Shown in pieces: positions 26,781 to 37,978 of a stretch of 54,253 nucleotides of DNA. Position 1 is the stretch's first letter. Each line of letters starts with the position of its first letter. This stretch comes from an uncultured Bifidobacteriaceae bacterium. GTDB lineage: Bacteria; Bacteroidota; Bacteroidia; Cytophagales; UBA9547. The DNA lies in the NCBI GenBank assembly GCA_964565665.1, contig CAZMFZ010000005.1:1-54253 (forward strand), in the 5' to 3' direction. The translations under genes and the position numbers were made by a program. The notes beneath the pieces were generated by a model. The model saw nothing but the letters and a program-made list of their open reading frames with translations. It was not told the DNA's origin and made no database searches.

Positions 26781-27473
26781 ATGAAATTTGGAGTAGTAGT
26801 TTTCCCGGGGAGTAATTGTGATGCTGATTTGGTATATGCCCTTCACGATATTATGGGCCAAGAGGTAGTGAAATTGTGGCATAAGGATACCAACCTTCAA
26901 GGTTGTGATTTTGTATTTGTACCTGGCGGCTTCTCTTATGGCGATTATTTGCGTTCGGGAGCCATTGCGCGTTTTTCGCCCATAATGAATGAAGTAGTGG
27001 CTCATGCCAATAAAGGAGGTTATGTAATGGGCATTTGCAATGGATTTCAAATATTGGCAGAAGCAGGTTTAGTACCTGGAGCGTTGATTCGGAATTCTGG
27101 GCGATTGTTTATTTGTAGCAATCAGTATATCAAGCCTATTTCTACTTCTACCATTGTTACTGAAAATATGGATGGCTCAAAAGCCTACAATATTCCCATT
27201 GCCCATGGTGATGGCAGGTATTATGCTCATGCCGACACACTAAAGCAGTTGCAAGACAATGATCAGATTATTTTTAAATATTGTGATAACGCAGGAAATA
27301 TAACGGAAGAAAGCAACCCTAATGGCTCAATACTAAATATTGCCGGAGTAAGCAATAAAGCCAAAAATGTGTTTGGTATGATGCCACATCCAGAAAGAGC
27401 GGTAGATGTCGATTTGAGAAATACAGATGGAAAAGCAATTTTTGAGAGCATATTATCTTTGGTGGGAGCGTAA
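26781..27473 (+). CDS. purQ: Phosphoribosylformylglycinamidine synthase, glutaminase subunit PurQ
   Basis: MKFGVVVFPGSNCD..., GGFSYGDYLR, GICNGFQIL, MPHPER motifs. Start set to ATG 26781. Confidence 0.93.
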   Translation: MKFGVVVFPGSNCDADLVYALHDIMGQEVVKLWHKDTNLQGCDFVFVPGGFSYGDYLRSGAIARFSPIMNEVVAHANKGGYVMGICNGFQILAEAGLVPGALIRNSGRLFICSNQYIKPISTSTIVTENMDGSKAYNIPIAHGDGRYYAHADTLKQLQDNDQIIFKYCDNAGNITEESNPNGSILNIAGVSNKAKNVFGMMPHPERAVDVDLRNTDGKAIFESILSLVGA

Positions 27474-28119
27474 AAAGGTAAATAATTAGTGATATGAATC
27501 TTAGAAATCCGTCATTCTATCTTCCCTATCCTTATAATCTTGATTTAGAAATTTACTGGAATACAAAATATGTGCAACATATTTTAGAAAATTATATTTC
27601 TGAAGTTGAGAAACCAACATCTCAAAACAATCATCCTTTACATTTCGAAGAAATTTGGTAAATTATTGACTAAAGGGTTTAGATGGTATCAGAAAGAAGA
27701 TATATCAAGTGTATTTAAAGTTTTTAATACACTAAAAGGAAAACTGTATATAGTTATTTTTGAGCAAGTGAAAGTTGAAAACTATATCAACCAACTAGCG
27801 GTGGTAAAAACATGTTATATTTGTAGAACCCAGCTGAAAGAGCAGAATATGAAAGCTTAAAAAAAATCCATTTATCAAAATGGAATAAATCAGAATGAAA
27901 TTTCAAGAGATAGATTTGGCAATCCGATTGCCTTATTTGTATATGGAAACGAACGCAAAGGCTATGAATTAAATAAAAATGGCGACTTTATTGAAAGTGG
28001 TAGTGATGAAGGAGTTTTTACGCAAAAGTATTTAAGCGTAAAAAACTTAAAGAAATAACGTGGTAATAGGTTGCGTTGTATTCGAAGTGTTTATATTAAA
28101 AAACTACTAATATCTAACT

Positions 28120-29022
28120 ATGATACGCACCCTAAAGCCCAATACAAACCATAGTTTTGAGTGGATTGATGTTATACATCCTACCGAAGAAGAACTGAAT
28201 ACACTAGCTGAAAAGCATAATTTGCCTAATTCGGCAGTGAAAGATTGTATGCAACCTGAGCATTTGCCTAAGTTTGAACAGTTTGAAAATTGCAATTTTA
28301 TTATTGTCCGGTATTACGATAATCTATGCAGCATCAATTCTGATAGCCTCCATACGCTTACCCGCAAAATAGCCATTTTCTATAATTCAAATTATTTGAT
28401 TACCATTCACAGAGGCGAAACCACCGTGATTGAAAATTTGGTACTACATCAATTGCCTGATGCAAATTACAACAGCACCATCAATATTATTTGCAAACTG
28501 ATAAAAAATGTATTGCAAACATTTGAGAAACCAGTTTTCAAACTCGAACACGATATTGATTATTACGAAGCCAGAATATTTTTAAAAAATAGAATTCCTG
28601 ACCTTCTCAAAACATTTTATCTGGTAAAAAGACAAAGCAGCGTGTATAAACGAACTTTGATACTCTCTAAATCGGTAATTGAACAATTCGGTAATGGCAT
28701 CAAGAAAAATACCTATCTTGAAGATTTGAGAGATTATTATATGCGAATTGAAGTAATGAATGAAGAGGTTGTAGATAGCATTACTAGCCTAATGAACATT
28801 TACATTTCGCTTTCTTCTCAAAAAACCAATGAGGTAATGCGAATTTTGACTGTATTTTCAGCTTTTTTCCTGCCACTTACTTTTATTGTGGGCATTTATG
28901 GAATGAATTTTGAATCTATGCCCGAGCTCAAACAACCCTACGGCTATCCAACAGTAATGGTATCTCTGCTTGTGATCACCATCGTCATTTTTCAATGGTT
29001 CAAAAGGAAAGGTTGGGTGTAG
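28120..29022 (+). CDS. corA: CorA-family divalent cation transporter
   Basis: 300 aa with two C-terminal TM helices and the YGMNF signature (VGIYGMNFESMPE). Confidence 0.8.
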   Translation: MIRTLKPNTNHSFEWIDVIHPTEEELNTLAEKHNLPNSAVKDCMQPEHLPKFEQFENCNFIIVRYYDNLCSINSDSLHTLTRKIAIFYNSNYLITIHRGETTVIENLVLHQLPDANYNSTINIICKLIKNVLQTFEKPVFKLEHDIDYYEARIFLKNRIPDLLKTFYLVKRQSSVYKRTLILSKSVIEQFGNGIKKNTYLEDLRDYYMRIEVMNEEVVDSITSLMNIYISLSSQKTNEVMRILTVFSAFFLPLTFIVGIYGMNFESMPELKQPYGYPTVMVSLLVITIVIFQWFKRKGWV

Positions 29023-29155
29023 TTTTAGAAAGCTCTTGAGGGCTAAAATTTTTTCTATATATTAAATAAAGAATGTATTTGATACTTAAAATGAGTTTAT
29101 ATTTTCTAAATATTAACCTTAATTGCTATTTTTGTCTTTAAAAAACTTATATCTA

Positions 29156-30094
29156 ATGGTCGTAAACGGACTTAAAGAAACAAATTTCAATTTTCCAACC
29201 CAAACCAGATTTTACAAAGGTAAGGTACGAGATGTATACTACTTTGGCGATAAAATGGCAGTAGTAGCCAGCGATCGTATCTCAGCTTTTGATGTGGTGC
29301 AACCCAAAGCCATTCCGTATAAAGGGCAGGTACTCAACCAAGTAGCCACTAAATTTTTAGAAGCTACCAAAGATATTGTTCCCAATTGGTTGCTTTCTAC
29401 ACCCGACCCCAATGTTTCTATTGGATTGAAAGCTGAACCCTTCAAAGTAGAAATGGTAATAAGAGGCTATGCATCAGGCCATGCTTGGCGAGAATATAGC
29501 AGTGGCAAACGCAGTATTTGTGGCGAGGCAATGCCTGAAGGTCTGAAAGAAAGCGATAAATTCCCTATGCCTATCATTACACCAACTACCAAAGCAGCCG
29601 AAGGCCACGATGAAGATATTTCGAAAGCCGAAATAATTGCTCAAGGCATTGTGAGCAAAGTTGATTATGAACAAATGGAAATCTATACCCATGCTTTATA
29701 CAATAGAGGGCAAGAAATAGCAGCAAAAAACGACTTAATATTAGTAGATACAAAATACGAATTCGGCAAACGTGATGGCAAAATCATATTGATAGATGAA
29801 GTACATACGCCTGATTCCAGCCGCTATTTTTATTTAGAAGGTTATAAAGAACGTCAAGCCAAAGGCGAAGCCCAAAAACAATTATCGAAAGAATTTGTGA
29901 GGCAATGGCTGATAGAAAACGGATTTCAAGGTAAAGAAGGACAAACTGTGCCTTTTATGCCGGATGAATTTGTAAATTTGATAACCAACAGATACATAGA
30001 GCTTTACGAAAAAGTAACGGGCGAGAAATTTGTAAAAATTAGCTATGAGGGTATTGAAGAAAGAATTGAAAAAGCAATAAGCGAAAACATTTAA
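29156..30094 (+). CDS. purC: Phosphoribosylaminoimidazole-succinocarboxamide synthase
   Basis: [17 protein letters not shown] and LVDTKYEFG motifs of the long PurC form. ATG 29156 preferred over TTG 29123. Confidence 0.92.
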   Translation: MVVNGLKETNFNFPTQTRFYKGKVRDVYYFGDKMAVVASDRISAFDVVQPKAIPYKGQVLNQVATKFLEATKDIVPNWLLSTPDPNVSIGLKAEPFKVEMVIRGYASGHAWREYSSGKRSICGEAMPEGLKESDKFPMPIITPTTKAAEGHDEDISKAEIIAQGIVSKVDYEQMEIYTHALYNRGQEIAAKNDLILVDTKYEFGKRDGKIILIDEVHTPDSSRYFYLEGYKERQAKGEAQKQLSKEFVRQWLIENGFQGKEGQTVPFMPDEFVNLITNRYIELYEKVTGEKFVKISYEGIEERIEKAISENI

Positions 30095-30134
30095 AATATT
30101 TCATCTATAGATTGAAATATCAACTGCCTTTTTC

Positions 30135-31394
30135 TCATTCAGATAAAGAGTTTGGTGATAGCCTCAGTTTGAATATTTTCTCTATCTCTTTTTTTACATT
30201 TTCTACTTCCACATTTTCAATACAAGGCACCGCTTTATTTTTGCCGGTTTGGTAAATGCAATTCCAGTCGCAATTAAAGCAAGCCATTTGGTGAAAGGCT
30301 ACAGAAGAAATTACGTTGCTTTTAGAAAGTAAATCTTGCGGATAAGGCATAAACCTGCCAAAATGCCCACCACCTAGCACACAAACAGAGGGTGTATTTT
30401 GTGCAATGGCGATGTGAATACCTGAGGTTTCATTGCCCACAAAAAGTTGAGCTTTACCAATCAGTTGAATCATTTCGATAAGGTTGGTTTTCCCTGCAAG
30501 ATTGTGAATAGGACTTTTTGAACTTGCTTTTACTTTTTCACAAATGGCATATTCACTTGTAGAACCCAGTAAAATGCCTTGCCAACCTGTTTTCTCATAA
30601 ATATAATCGACTATAGCTGCAAAATTGGCCCCCGACCATTGCCTGATTGCTATTCTTGCCCCAGGGAAAATCACATAATATTGAGCAACGCTTTCTTTGA
30701 TATTATCATGTTCAAATTTCAGAAATATAGCTTCGCCAGTATTTAAAAATGACAAATTAGGTGGCAAAACCTCAAAATCTCTATTTGCCAAAGTGGCTAT
30801 AAATGCTTGGTTTTTAATGAGTTCGTGAGAATGAACATTAGGCAAATCATATAGCTTTGTAAATGCCTTATTTATCAGCTTGTGCCAAAATTTGTCATCA
30901 ATCGCGTTATCCGAACAGATTCCGATTTTATTAACCGCTTTCAATCGCTTAATAAGTAAATCGCCTGTGGCAAACTCCCTTGAATAAGCTGGGTATATAA
31001 TGGTGTGAAAATTAATCGAAGTCAATTCTTGCCACTTGTCCAATCTATAGCTGAAATTGAGCATGAATTTTTTCCTGTCGAATGGTAGAAATAAATCAAA
31101 AATACCCATTTTCATTGCCAAATCTTTGCAAGCACCATTGCCCAACAATACGATGTTAAATAAATTTGAAGGATAAATTTCCCGGTAGGCTTTGGCACTG
31201 GCACTCCACACAATAAAATCGCCAATGGCATCGGGGCGTATCAGAAGCACGTTTTTATTAATGTTGTGCGGTTCTTTTCTTTTTATAAATAGAAACAAAA
31301 CAATATCTATAAAGTAGCAAATGGCATTTACTGTACCCCTTTTGATAGAATATGTTAATTTAGAAAGCCTCAAAGTATTTGATTTTGCTGCCAA
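30135..31394 (-). CDS. Glycosyltransferase family 9 (heptosyltransferase-like)
   Basis: LLIRPDAIGDF near the N-terminus and a GNETSGIHIA..-type C-terminal motif. TTG start in the track. Confidence 0.75.
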   Translation of the reverse strand: MAAKSNTLRLSKLTYSIKRGTVNAICYFIDIVLFLFIKRKEPHNINKNVLLIRPDAIGDFIVWSASAKAYREIYPSNLFNIVLLGNGACKDLAMKMGIFDLFLPFDRKKFMLNFSYRLDKWQELTSINFHTIIYPAYSREFATGDLLIKRLKAVNKIGICSDNAIDDKFWHKLINKAFTKLYDLPNVHSHELIKNQAFIATLANRDFEVLPPNLSFLNTGEAIFLKFEHDNIKESVAQYYVIFPGARIAIRQWSGANFAAIVDYIYEKTGWQGILLGSTSEYAICEKVKASSKSPIHNLAGKTNLIEMIQLIGKAQLFVGNETSGIHIAIAQNTPSVCVLGGGHFGRFMPYPQDLLSKSNVISSVAFHQMACFNCDWNCIYQTGKNKAVPCIENVEVENVKKEIEKIFKLRLSPNSLSE

Positions 31395-31451
31395 ATTATA
31401 AAATTCTTATCTCAACTTATCAAATTTGAAACAACACAGTAAATTTGCAAA

Positions 31452-32249
31452 ATGAGTTTCGCATTCCATCACGACAAACCTCGCTATTTCAACGACCAAT
31501 ACCTGAATTCAAAAAAATATGTACTTCCTTTTATTGAGCAATCTATCAAATTGACTTCGGGATTGAGAGTATTGGAAATTGGCTGTGCTGAAGGGGGTGT
31601 TTTAAAAGCATTTACCGATCTGGGGTGCATTTGCACGGGTGTAGAACTTAGCCCTAGCAAAGTTGATAATGCCCATATTTTTATGAAAGATGAAGTTGAT
31701 AAAAGGCTTATCAGGTTTATTTGTCAGAATATTTACGACCTCGATTTTAAAGCCGAATTTGCAAATCAATTCGATTTGATAGTACTTAAAGATACCATTG
31801 AACATATTCACGAACAAGAAAAAATCATAGGGTATTTAAAATTTCTTTTGAAGATAGATGGCCATATCTTCTTCGGCTTTCCACCTTGGCAAATGCCCTG
31901 GGGCGGCCATCAGCAAATTTGTAAATCTAAATTTTTGATGTTTCTGCCTTATTTTCATTTGCTGCCAATGAAAGCATACAGGCAATTCTTGAAATTATTT
32001 GGTGAAGAAGATTTTAAAATAGAAGTGCTTGCTGAAATAAAAGAGACAGGAATAAGCACCCATAGATTTGAAAATATCATTTCGAAATCAAATTTTGTCA
32101 TTAAAGCCAAGCAATTCTATCTGGTAAACCCTATTTATTTTTACAAATTTGGTTGGAAACCTCTCAAACAATGGAAGTTTATAGAAAGCATACCCTTCGC
32201 CAGAGATTGGATTAGTACTACAGCTTATTTTTTAATTAAAAATAGTTAA
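31452..32249 (+). CDS. Class I SAM-dependent methyltransferase
   Basis: Motif I VLEIGCAEGGVL, followed by DLIVLKDTIEHI. Confidence 0.75.
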   Translation: MSFAFHHDKPRYFNDQYLNSKKYVLPFIEQSIKLTSGLRVLEIGCAEGGVLKAFTDLGCICTGVELSPSKVDNAHIFMKDEVDKRLIRFICQNIYDLDFKAEFANQFDLIVLKDTIEHIHEQEKIIGYLKFLLKIDGHIFFGFPPWQMPWGGHQQICKSKFLMFLPYFHLLPMKAYRQFLKLFGEEDFKIEVLAEIKETGISTHRFENIISKSNFVIKAKQFYLVNPIYFYKFGWKPLKQWKFIESIPFARDWISTTAYFLIKNS

Positions 32250-32317
32250 AGTTTATTCACGCAGAAATGCAAATGGCTTCCGTGAGTTTGAATAGCTTTG
32301 TGATAAAATAAACTGGG

Positions 32318-33088
32318 TTACTTTCTCACATATTTATTGGCGATGTTGAATGGAAATCTCAAATCTTTGTTGGTAGGCTCAATTTTATTGTGCTGAATGC
32401 CAATGTAAATATTATGCAAGCCCTTTTTATCACGATAATTAATCGAAATTTTATTGGTAAATGCAAAGAGTATATGCTCAAGCGGCTGAAAATCTTCGTA
32501 ATTAATATCTAAGGTATTGGCGGTACGTACATCCTTAATGGAAAGTCGCTCAAGCTTATCGGTTTTATTTCTCAGAAAATTTTCAATTGAAATATTTTTT
32601 CGGTGTTGAAGCAAAATGGTATAAGTACTGTCCGAATACGTGCTGTCGTTATCCAATTCGGCAAAAGGCGGATTGCCGAAAAGTATGGATTGCACTAATT
32701 GGTAATTGATGTCAAATTTCAAAAAAGCGCTCAGCTGACCGAAAGAATAAATATAATATTCCTTCTGCAACTTGTTGATAATGAACATAGAATCTTGATT
32801 GATGAGGCATCGCAGCACTTCTACACCCATTACAGGTACTGAAATCCAAATTACAGAGTCTTTACTTATGCGAATGGTGGCACTGGAGTTTACATTCTGC
32901 AGTCCATCTGTAAATTCTATTTTTGATTTGCAATTAAGGTATTGAAATTCGGCATTTTGCGAGCGAAATTTTCGTTTTATTTTTACCTTTCCAACACTAT
33001 TATCTTCCTTTAACAATTTTCTGCGGGTGCAATCTGTAAACAACAAGCATACTACACAGAGAAAAAAAATGGCGATTTTATTATTCAT
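32318..33088 (-). CDS. DUF4292-like lipoprotein
   Basis: 256 aa, lipobox (LFTDCT). Overlaps the upstream TPR gene by 8 nt, matching the usual Bacteroidota TPR-DUF4292 pairing. Family call is from context and memory. Confidence 0.55.
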   Translation of the reverse strand: MNNKIAIFFLCVVCLLFTDCTRRKLLKEDNSVGKVKIKRKFRSQNAEFQYLNCKSKIEFTDGLQNVNSSATIRISKDSVIWISVPVMGVEVLRCLINQDSMFIINKLQKEYYIYSFGQLSAFLKFDINYQLVQSILFGNPPFAELDNDSTYSDSTYTILLQHRKNISIENFLRNKTDKLERLSIKDVRTANTLDINYEDFQPLEHILFAFTNKISINYRDKKGLHNIYIGIQHNKIEPTNKDLRFPFNIANKYVRK

Positions 33089-34808
33089 AAAGTTTCTTAT
33101 CTAATATTTTTTTGTCAATCAAATCAGAGGCTTCGCCTATTGATTTGGCTTTTTTCCATTGTTCTAGTGCTTTGTCTTTTTGACCCATTTGAAATAGTAC
33201 ATCACCATAATGCTCTACAATTGTGCCATTGGTAGAATTTGTCACTATTTTTTCAAAAAATTCTTTGGCCTTTGTATAGTCTTTCATCACATACAAAATC
33301 CAAGCATAAGTATCTACATAAGTGGCATTTTCCGGAAATTCTTTTATCACTCTTTCGCTCATTTTCTTCGCTTGGTCGAGCTTGTCTTTTCTAAGGGAAA
33401 GATAGTAGCTGTAATTGTTGAGCACTACGTAGTTATTCACATCTGATTTTAGCACTTCATCAAAGCATTCGTCTGATTTTTTGTAGTCTTTTAGGCCGTT
33501 GTAGCTATCGCCAAGCATAGTATTGAATTGCATAAGCATTGCTTTATCGCTAAAAGCGAGTTTTTTGCCTTGCTCAAATGAGGCCGTTGCTTTTTTATAC
33601 TCTTTCTTGAATTGATAGGCCAAGCCATTGTAAAACCAAAAAACCGATTGGTTGGGAAATAATTCTAAAGCTTTTTCGCTGTGAATTTTCAAGCTGTCTG
33701 TAAGGTTGAGCTCAGAATCGAGTATCACAATTTGTTGCCAAATTTTGTTGTGCGAATTATCAAGGCTTATTGATTTTAAGTAATTACTGAGCGCTTCAGC
33801 ACTTTTGCCGCTTATTACCAACACATCTGCATTCATTGCATAGGCTTTGGCTTCATTGGGATGCACTTTAATTAAAATAGATGCCAAATTCAGGCATTGT
33901 TCTTTAATTATTTCATCGCCTTGCATTTGGCGAATTTTAGTAATGAGTATGCCAATTTTGGTGTCAATATCCAGTTCTGGGCTGTTGAAAGCAATTTCCA
34001 GCTTTTGATTGGCCTTTACCATATCACCCTTACTTTTATAAATATCGTGCAAGGCCAAATTGGCAAAAGGGTTGGTATTATCTTTTTTCACCAGATCAGA
34101 AACCAGTTTCTCTGCCTCGTCAAATTTTTCATTGGTAATCAGCATCTCTACCAATGAAATCATATACCTGAAATCATCTGGAAAGGCCTCTGCCAACCTT
34201 TTTCCTTCATTTACAGCCTCATTTAATTTATTTTGCTTAAGATAGATTTGCTGTTTTTGTCTAGAAATATCCTCACTTATTCCAAATGCTTTTTCTATTT
34301 TATCGTAGCATTTAATGGCTTCTTCATATTTGCTTTGCAATAAATAAACTGTTGCCAAATCATAAAAGTGCTCAATAGAGTTTGGTATCTTTTTTATTAA
34401 AGCCAGATAAACTTTTGTGGCCTCGTTGAAATCTTGTTTGCGTTCGTAAATATTAGCCAAAAGCAAATAATAATATTTGTTGTTATCTACCAACTCAATG
34501 GCTCGTTGTGCATATTGAATGGCTTTGTAAAGATTGTTTTGCTTGGCATATATCTGTGCAATCATGTAATTGGCTGCAGCATTCGATTTATCAATAGAAA
34601 TTGATTTTTCAAATGCGTCTAGTGCCTTGGCATAATTGTCGAGGGTGTATTCTTTCATCCCTTCAGAAAAAATGTATTCTGCTTGCTGCTGTTGGTCTTT
34701 CGAAATGTTGTCTTTGGGTTTCTTTTTTAGAAACTGAGCATTTGAGGCATTGAAAAATAAGCCTAAAATAAGAATTGTGAAAATTGCCTTTTCTATGTGA
34801 ATTGTCAT
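33081..34808 (-). CDS. Tetratricopeptide repeat protein (secreted)
   Basis: Multiple TPR units (A..Y..A...F.KA) and a signal peptide from ATG 34808 (MTIHIEKAIFTILILGLFFNASNAQ). Confidence 0.85.
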   Translation of the reverse strand: MTIHIEKAIFTILILGLFFNASNAQFLKKKPKDNISKDQQQQAEYIFSEGMKEYTLDNYAKALDAFEKSISIDKSNAAANYMIAQIYAKQNNLYKAIQYAQRAIELVDNNKYYYLLLANIYERKQDFNEATKVYLALIKKIPNSIEHFYDLATVYLLQSKYEEAIKCYDKIEKAFGISEDISRQKQQIYLKQNKLNEAVNEGKRLAEAFPDDFRYMISLVEMLITNEKFDEAEKLVSDLVKKDNTNPFANLALHDIYKSKGDMVKANQKLEIAFNSPELDIDTKIGILITKIRQMQGDEIIKEQCLNLASILIKVHPNEAKAYAMNADVLVISGKSAEALSNYLKSISLDNSHNKIWQQIVILDSELNLTDSLKIHSEKALELFPNQSVFWFYNGLAYQFKKEYKKATASFEQGKKLAFSDKAMLMQFNTMLGDSYNGLKDYKKSDECFDEVLKSDVNNYVVLNNYSYYLSLRKDKLDQAKKMSERVIKEFPENATYVDTYAWILYVMKDYTKAKEFFEKIVTNSTNGTIVEHYGDVLFQMGQKDKALEQWKKAKSIGEASDLIDKKILDKKLYE

Positions 34809-35076
34809 TGGATGCAAGCTAGGATTGTAGTAAAAACTACACAAAATTAATGGTAATGAGTGTAGTAACCAATAGGTGCTAAAAAAGGTTCTTTTTAGGG
34901 ATTGAAATGAATGATTTAGGCACCCAGTTCGGTATCTACAACCTTACTCAAGCCATACGACTTCCAAGTGGCTGACTTTGCGCGAACAGTGTTTAAACAA
35001 GGAAAAGAATAAATAGAATCATATTTTCGCAACCTATTAAACTCTAAATTGCAGTTTGAAAATATATGAATTTAAA

Positions 35077-36276
35077 ATGATAACTAAAATAACGATAAAC
35101 AATTTCAAAAAACTCATAGAATTTCCTTTCCACTATCTCAATCAGTCGTTGTTATTGGACCTAATAACTCTGGAAAGTCTACTATTTTTCAAGCTTTGTG
35201 CTTGTGGGAAATTGGCGTGACAAATTTCATTCAGGCACTTCAAAAAAAAGATTTAGGAAGAAGTGGTTCTGTTACAATTAACCGAAAGGATTTATTGAAT
35301 AGCCCAATCGCAGACGCAAGGTTTTTATGGAGAAATAGGAAAGTAACAGAGAAGAACGAGCAAGGACAAACCAAGCATGTTAAGTTGCATGTGGAGCTGC
35401 AAGGTGAAGCGTAGGGAAAAAATTGGATTTGTAAAGCTGAATTTAAATTTTCAAATGCAGATCATTTCAATGTAGGATTTTAAGCGACCCAAAAGTAATC
35501 ACCTAACTTTATAATTCGGGTGCAGGAATTCACTTTGGCTTTCTCAAACCAATGTCAGGTATTTCTACCAATGAGGATAAACTTACTTAAGGCTCAATTG
35601 AGCGAAAACTTGGGGAAGGAAAAACAGCCGAAGTTCTAAGAAATATTTGTTACGAAATTCTTTATCCTGACACACCGCATCCTAAAGGATATAACCCAGA
35701 AGAAAAATGGTTAAAACTCTGCAAAGGTGTTAAGTCAATGTTTGGTTCAGAATTATTGAAACCTGAATTTATAAAAGCAACAGGGTTAATTCAATTAGAA
35801 TACATAGATGACAAAATTCGTTATGATATTTCATCAGGTGGTGGGGATTTCAACAGACCTTGCTTTTACTTTCATATATGTATGCAAACCCCAATACAAT
35901 TTTGCTGCTTGACGAACCTGATGCTCATCTTGAAGTTATCCGCCAGCGAGAAGCATTTCAACTTATTAATAAACTTGCAAATGGTATGAATTCTCAAATT
36001 ATAATTGCTTCCCATTCAGAAGTAGTATAAGATGAAGCAGCCGAAGCATCAACGGTAATAGCTTTGATGAAAGATTTGAAAAACGACTGGTGGCATGCAG
36101 CAAAGTCATCAGACGAATGGCTTGATCGTATCTTTCCAGAGTTCTATAAAAAACTTAGCGTTTATAATGATTTTTTAAAAAGAGAATATTATCTATTAAT
36201 AATGCTTTTGAAAACCGGTGAAATTAATAAAGAAATTTCAGAGAAGCTTGATATAATTTGTGAAGTATTATGCTAA
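35077..36276 (+). pseudogene. Decayed ABC-type / AAA_21-like ATPase gene
   Basis: Hand translation across frames gives MITKITINNFKKL.., Walker A VVVIGPNNSGKST, signature SSGGRGFQQ, Walker B LLLDEPDAHL and H-loop IIASHS. The frame path is 1>0>2>1 (three frameshifts), with in-frame stops at 35412 and 36028 and at least two more. Confidence 0.75.
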
Positions 36277-36436
36277 CTTTTAACAGATTCCTTGTATGAA
36301 TAGAGAGGTAATCACCAAAATAAAATTTCAAAATTGATCGGTTTATCGGTATTCAAAGTTTGTATAGCTTTCTTTCATAGGTTCGAACCAAGCTTTTGCC
36401 CAATTTTAGCGATATTTAAGCATCAATAATCTCACC

Positions 36437-37978
36437 TCAAATATCTGTGCCAATATTGAGGAAAAAGTGAAACTCATTTTCTAAATTGTAGGAAGTTTCA
36501 AATCGCAATACTGAATTGTAGAATGTAACTATGTGCAAGCCCGCACCAATGCTGCCTAAAAGTTTGTTGCTCAATCTGGAGTTGTCGGAAATTATTAAGG
36601 GATAATTTCTAAAAGGTTTGTTGTTAAATGCCGCTCCCCAATCGCTGAAAAATGTAAGATACAAATCGACAGGCATGGTTCGAAATTGCCTGATAGGAAT
36701 AATTTTGCCAAAGTCGAATACTTTTGAAAAGAAGCGATACCGAACCGAATTTCTGTTAAGCAAATAATGTTGCCCATCAATAGCATACAACTCGTAGCCA
36801 CGCACCAAATCTTGCAAATAGCCCAAGCCTTTGAAATATAAAAATGGCTGATAAACGGGAAATGATGCTTTTCCTTTCAATCGAGTGGCAAAATAAGTTC
36901 GCTTGCCCAACTGTATATATTTGGCATAGGTTGCCGATAGCGTAGACAATTGAATAGATTCATAATTGGTAAAGCCCTGCTGGCCAATGGTATAGCTAAA
37001 ATATTCACCCTTATGGGCATATTGCCTCACATCTCTTTTATCGATGGTGTAAGTGTATCGGGCCTCAATGAAAGTTTGCTTGGTGTTACCATTCAGGAAA
37101 TAATCGGGGTTGAGCAAAGCCACCGTATCGGCTATATGATTGTTGTTGTAGCTAATTTCTAATGAATGCGAGGTAAATATTAGTTTTCGGTAATTGATTG
37201 CTATTCCCGATCTGAAAAAAGTACGTAAAAGTTCTTCTTTGGGCGATTTGAAATATTCGAGCTTATGGTCTTCTGTGGCATAAGCTATTGATTTATTGTC
37301 GGAATAAGCGAAAAATGGGCGAATGCCCCACTGCTGTTTTTTGTCAAGGTAAGGAATGTCGTACGATATTTCAAAATTGTTGGTAAACCCAGTTTGGAAG
37401 GTGAGCCGTAGTGATTCACGCCTGCCTCTCACATTGTATTGAAAAAGTCTGAGACCGATATTTACCCTGTTCAATGCTGCACCTCGCTGGAAAACCCATT
37501 CGTTGAGGTTTCTATCGGCAGGTTCAAGTATTAATTGTGGTATGGTATACCATTGCTCTTTGAGTGCAATTTTTAAATTTTTATATTTGGGATCGTCAGT
37601 TTCTTCAAGGCTTACATCCACAGTTACAAACAAATTGGTATTAAATACTTTATTGCGTTCCCATCTGAGTAGAGCCTCAATATTGGCCACTTCTATCGAA
37701 TCTCCCTCTTTAAAGTTAAGCTCACGTTTTATGATTTGAGTTTTTGTTCGTCTGTTACCCTCAATTCGTATGTCTTTAATTATCAAGTACTTGTAGGGTA
37801 TATTTGGTAATGAAGAATCGGCTACGATGCCAATATCATTTGTGTGTGTACTTGCAAATATTAAAAAACAGGGGCTGTATAGTAATACAACAATTGCAAA
37901 AAAAATAATGAGGTGCTTGTACAACAAATGCAAAATAAAATTAGAATGCTTAGCTACTGATTTTTGATAAACATACAC
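36437..37978 (-). CDS. BamA/TamA-family outer membrane protein (POTRA plus surface-antigen barrel)
   Basis: POTRA-like IKDIRIEGNRRTKTQIIKRELNFKEGD, a C-terminal beta-barrel pattern, and an aromatic-rich end. Confidence 0.75.
   Translation of the reverse strand: MYVYQKSVAKHSNFILHLLYKHLIIFFAIVVLLYSPCFLIFASTHTNDIGIVADSSLPNIPYKYLIIKDIRIEGNRRTKTQIIKRELNFKEGDSIEVANIEALLRWERNKVFNTNLFVTVDVSLEETDDPKYKNLKIALKEQWYTIPQLILEPADRNLNEWVFQRGAALNRVNIGLRLFQYNVRGRRESLRLTFQTGFTNNFEISYDIPYLDKKQQWGIRPFFAYSDNKSIAYATEDHKLEYFKSPKEELLRTFFRSGIAINYRKLIFTSHSLEISYNNNHIADTVALLNPDYFLNGNTKQTFIEARYTYTIDKRDVRQYAHKGEYFSYTIGQQGFTNYESIQLSTLSATYAKYIQLGKRTYFATRLKGKASFPVYQPFLYFKGLGYLQDLVRGYELYAIDGQHYLLNRNSVRYRFFSKVFDFGKIIPIRQFRTMPVDLYLTFFSDWGAAFNNKPFRNYPLIISDNSRLSNKLLGSIGAGLHIVTFYNSVLRFETSYNLENEFHFFLNIGTDI

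Noticed and set aside
27565-27585. 9-3-9 palindrome aaaatatgt-gca-acatatttt, which looks like a Fur/Zur box.
   Set aside because: It lies inside the decayed region about 540 nt upstream of corA, not near any promoter. AT-rich palindromes of this length are near chance expectation.
36380-36389. GGTTCGAACC, resembling a tRNA T-arm, as a possible attachment-site relic next to the decayed ATPase.
   Set aside because: The flanking bases do not form a T-stem or acceptor stem, and no matching direct repeat lies on the other side of the pseudogene.
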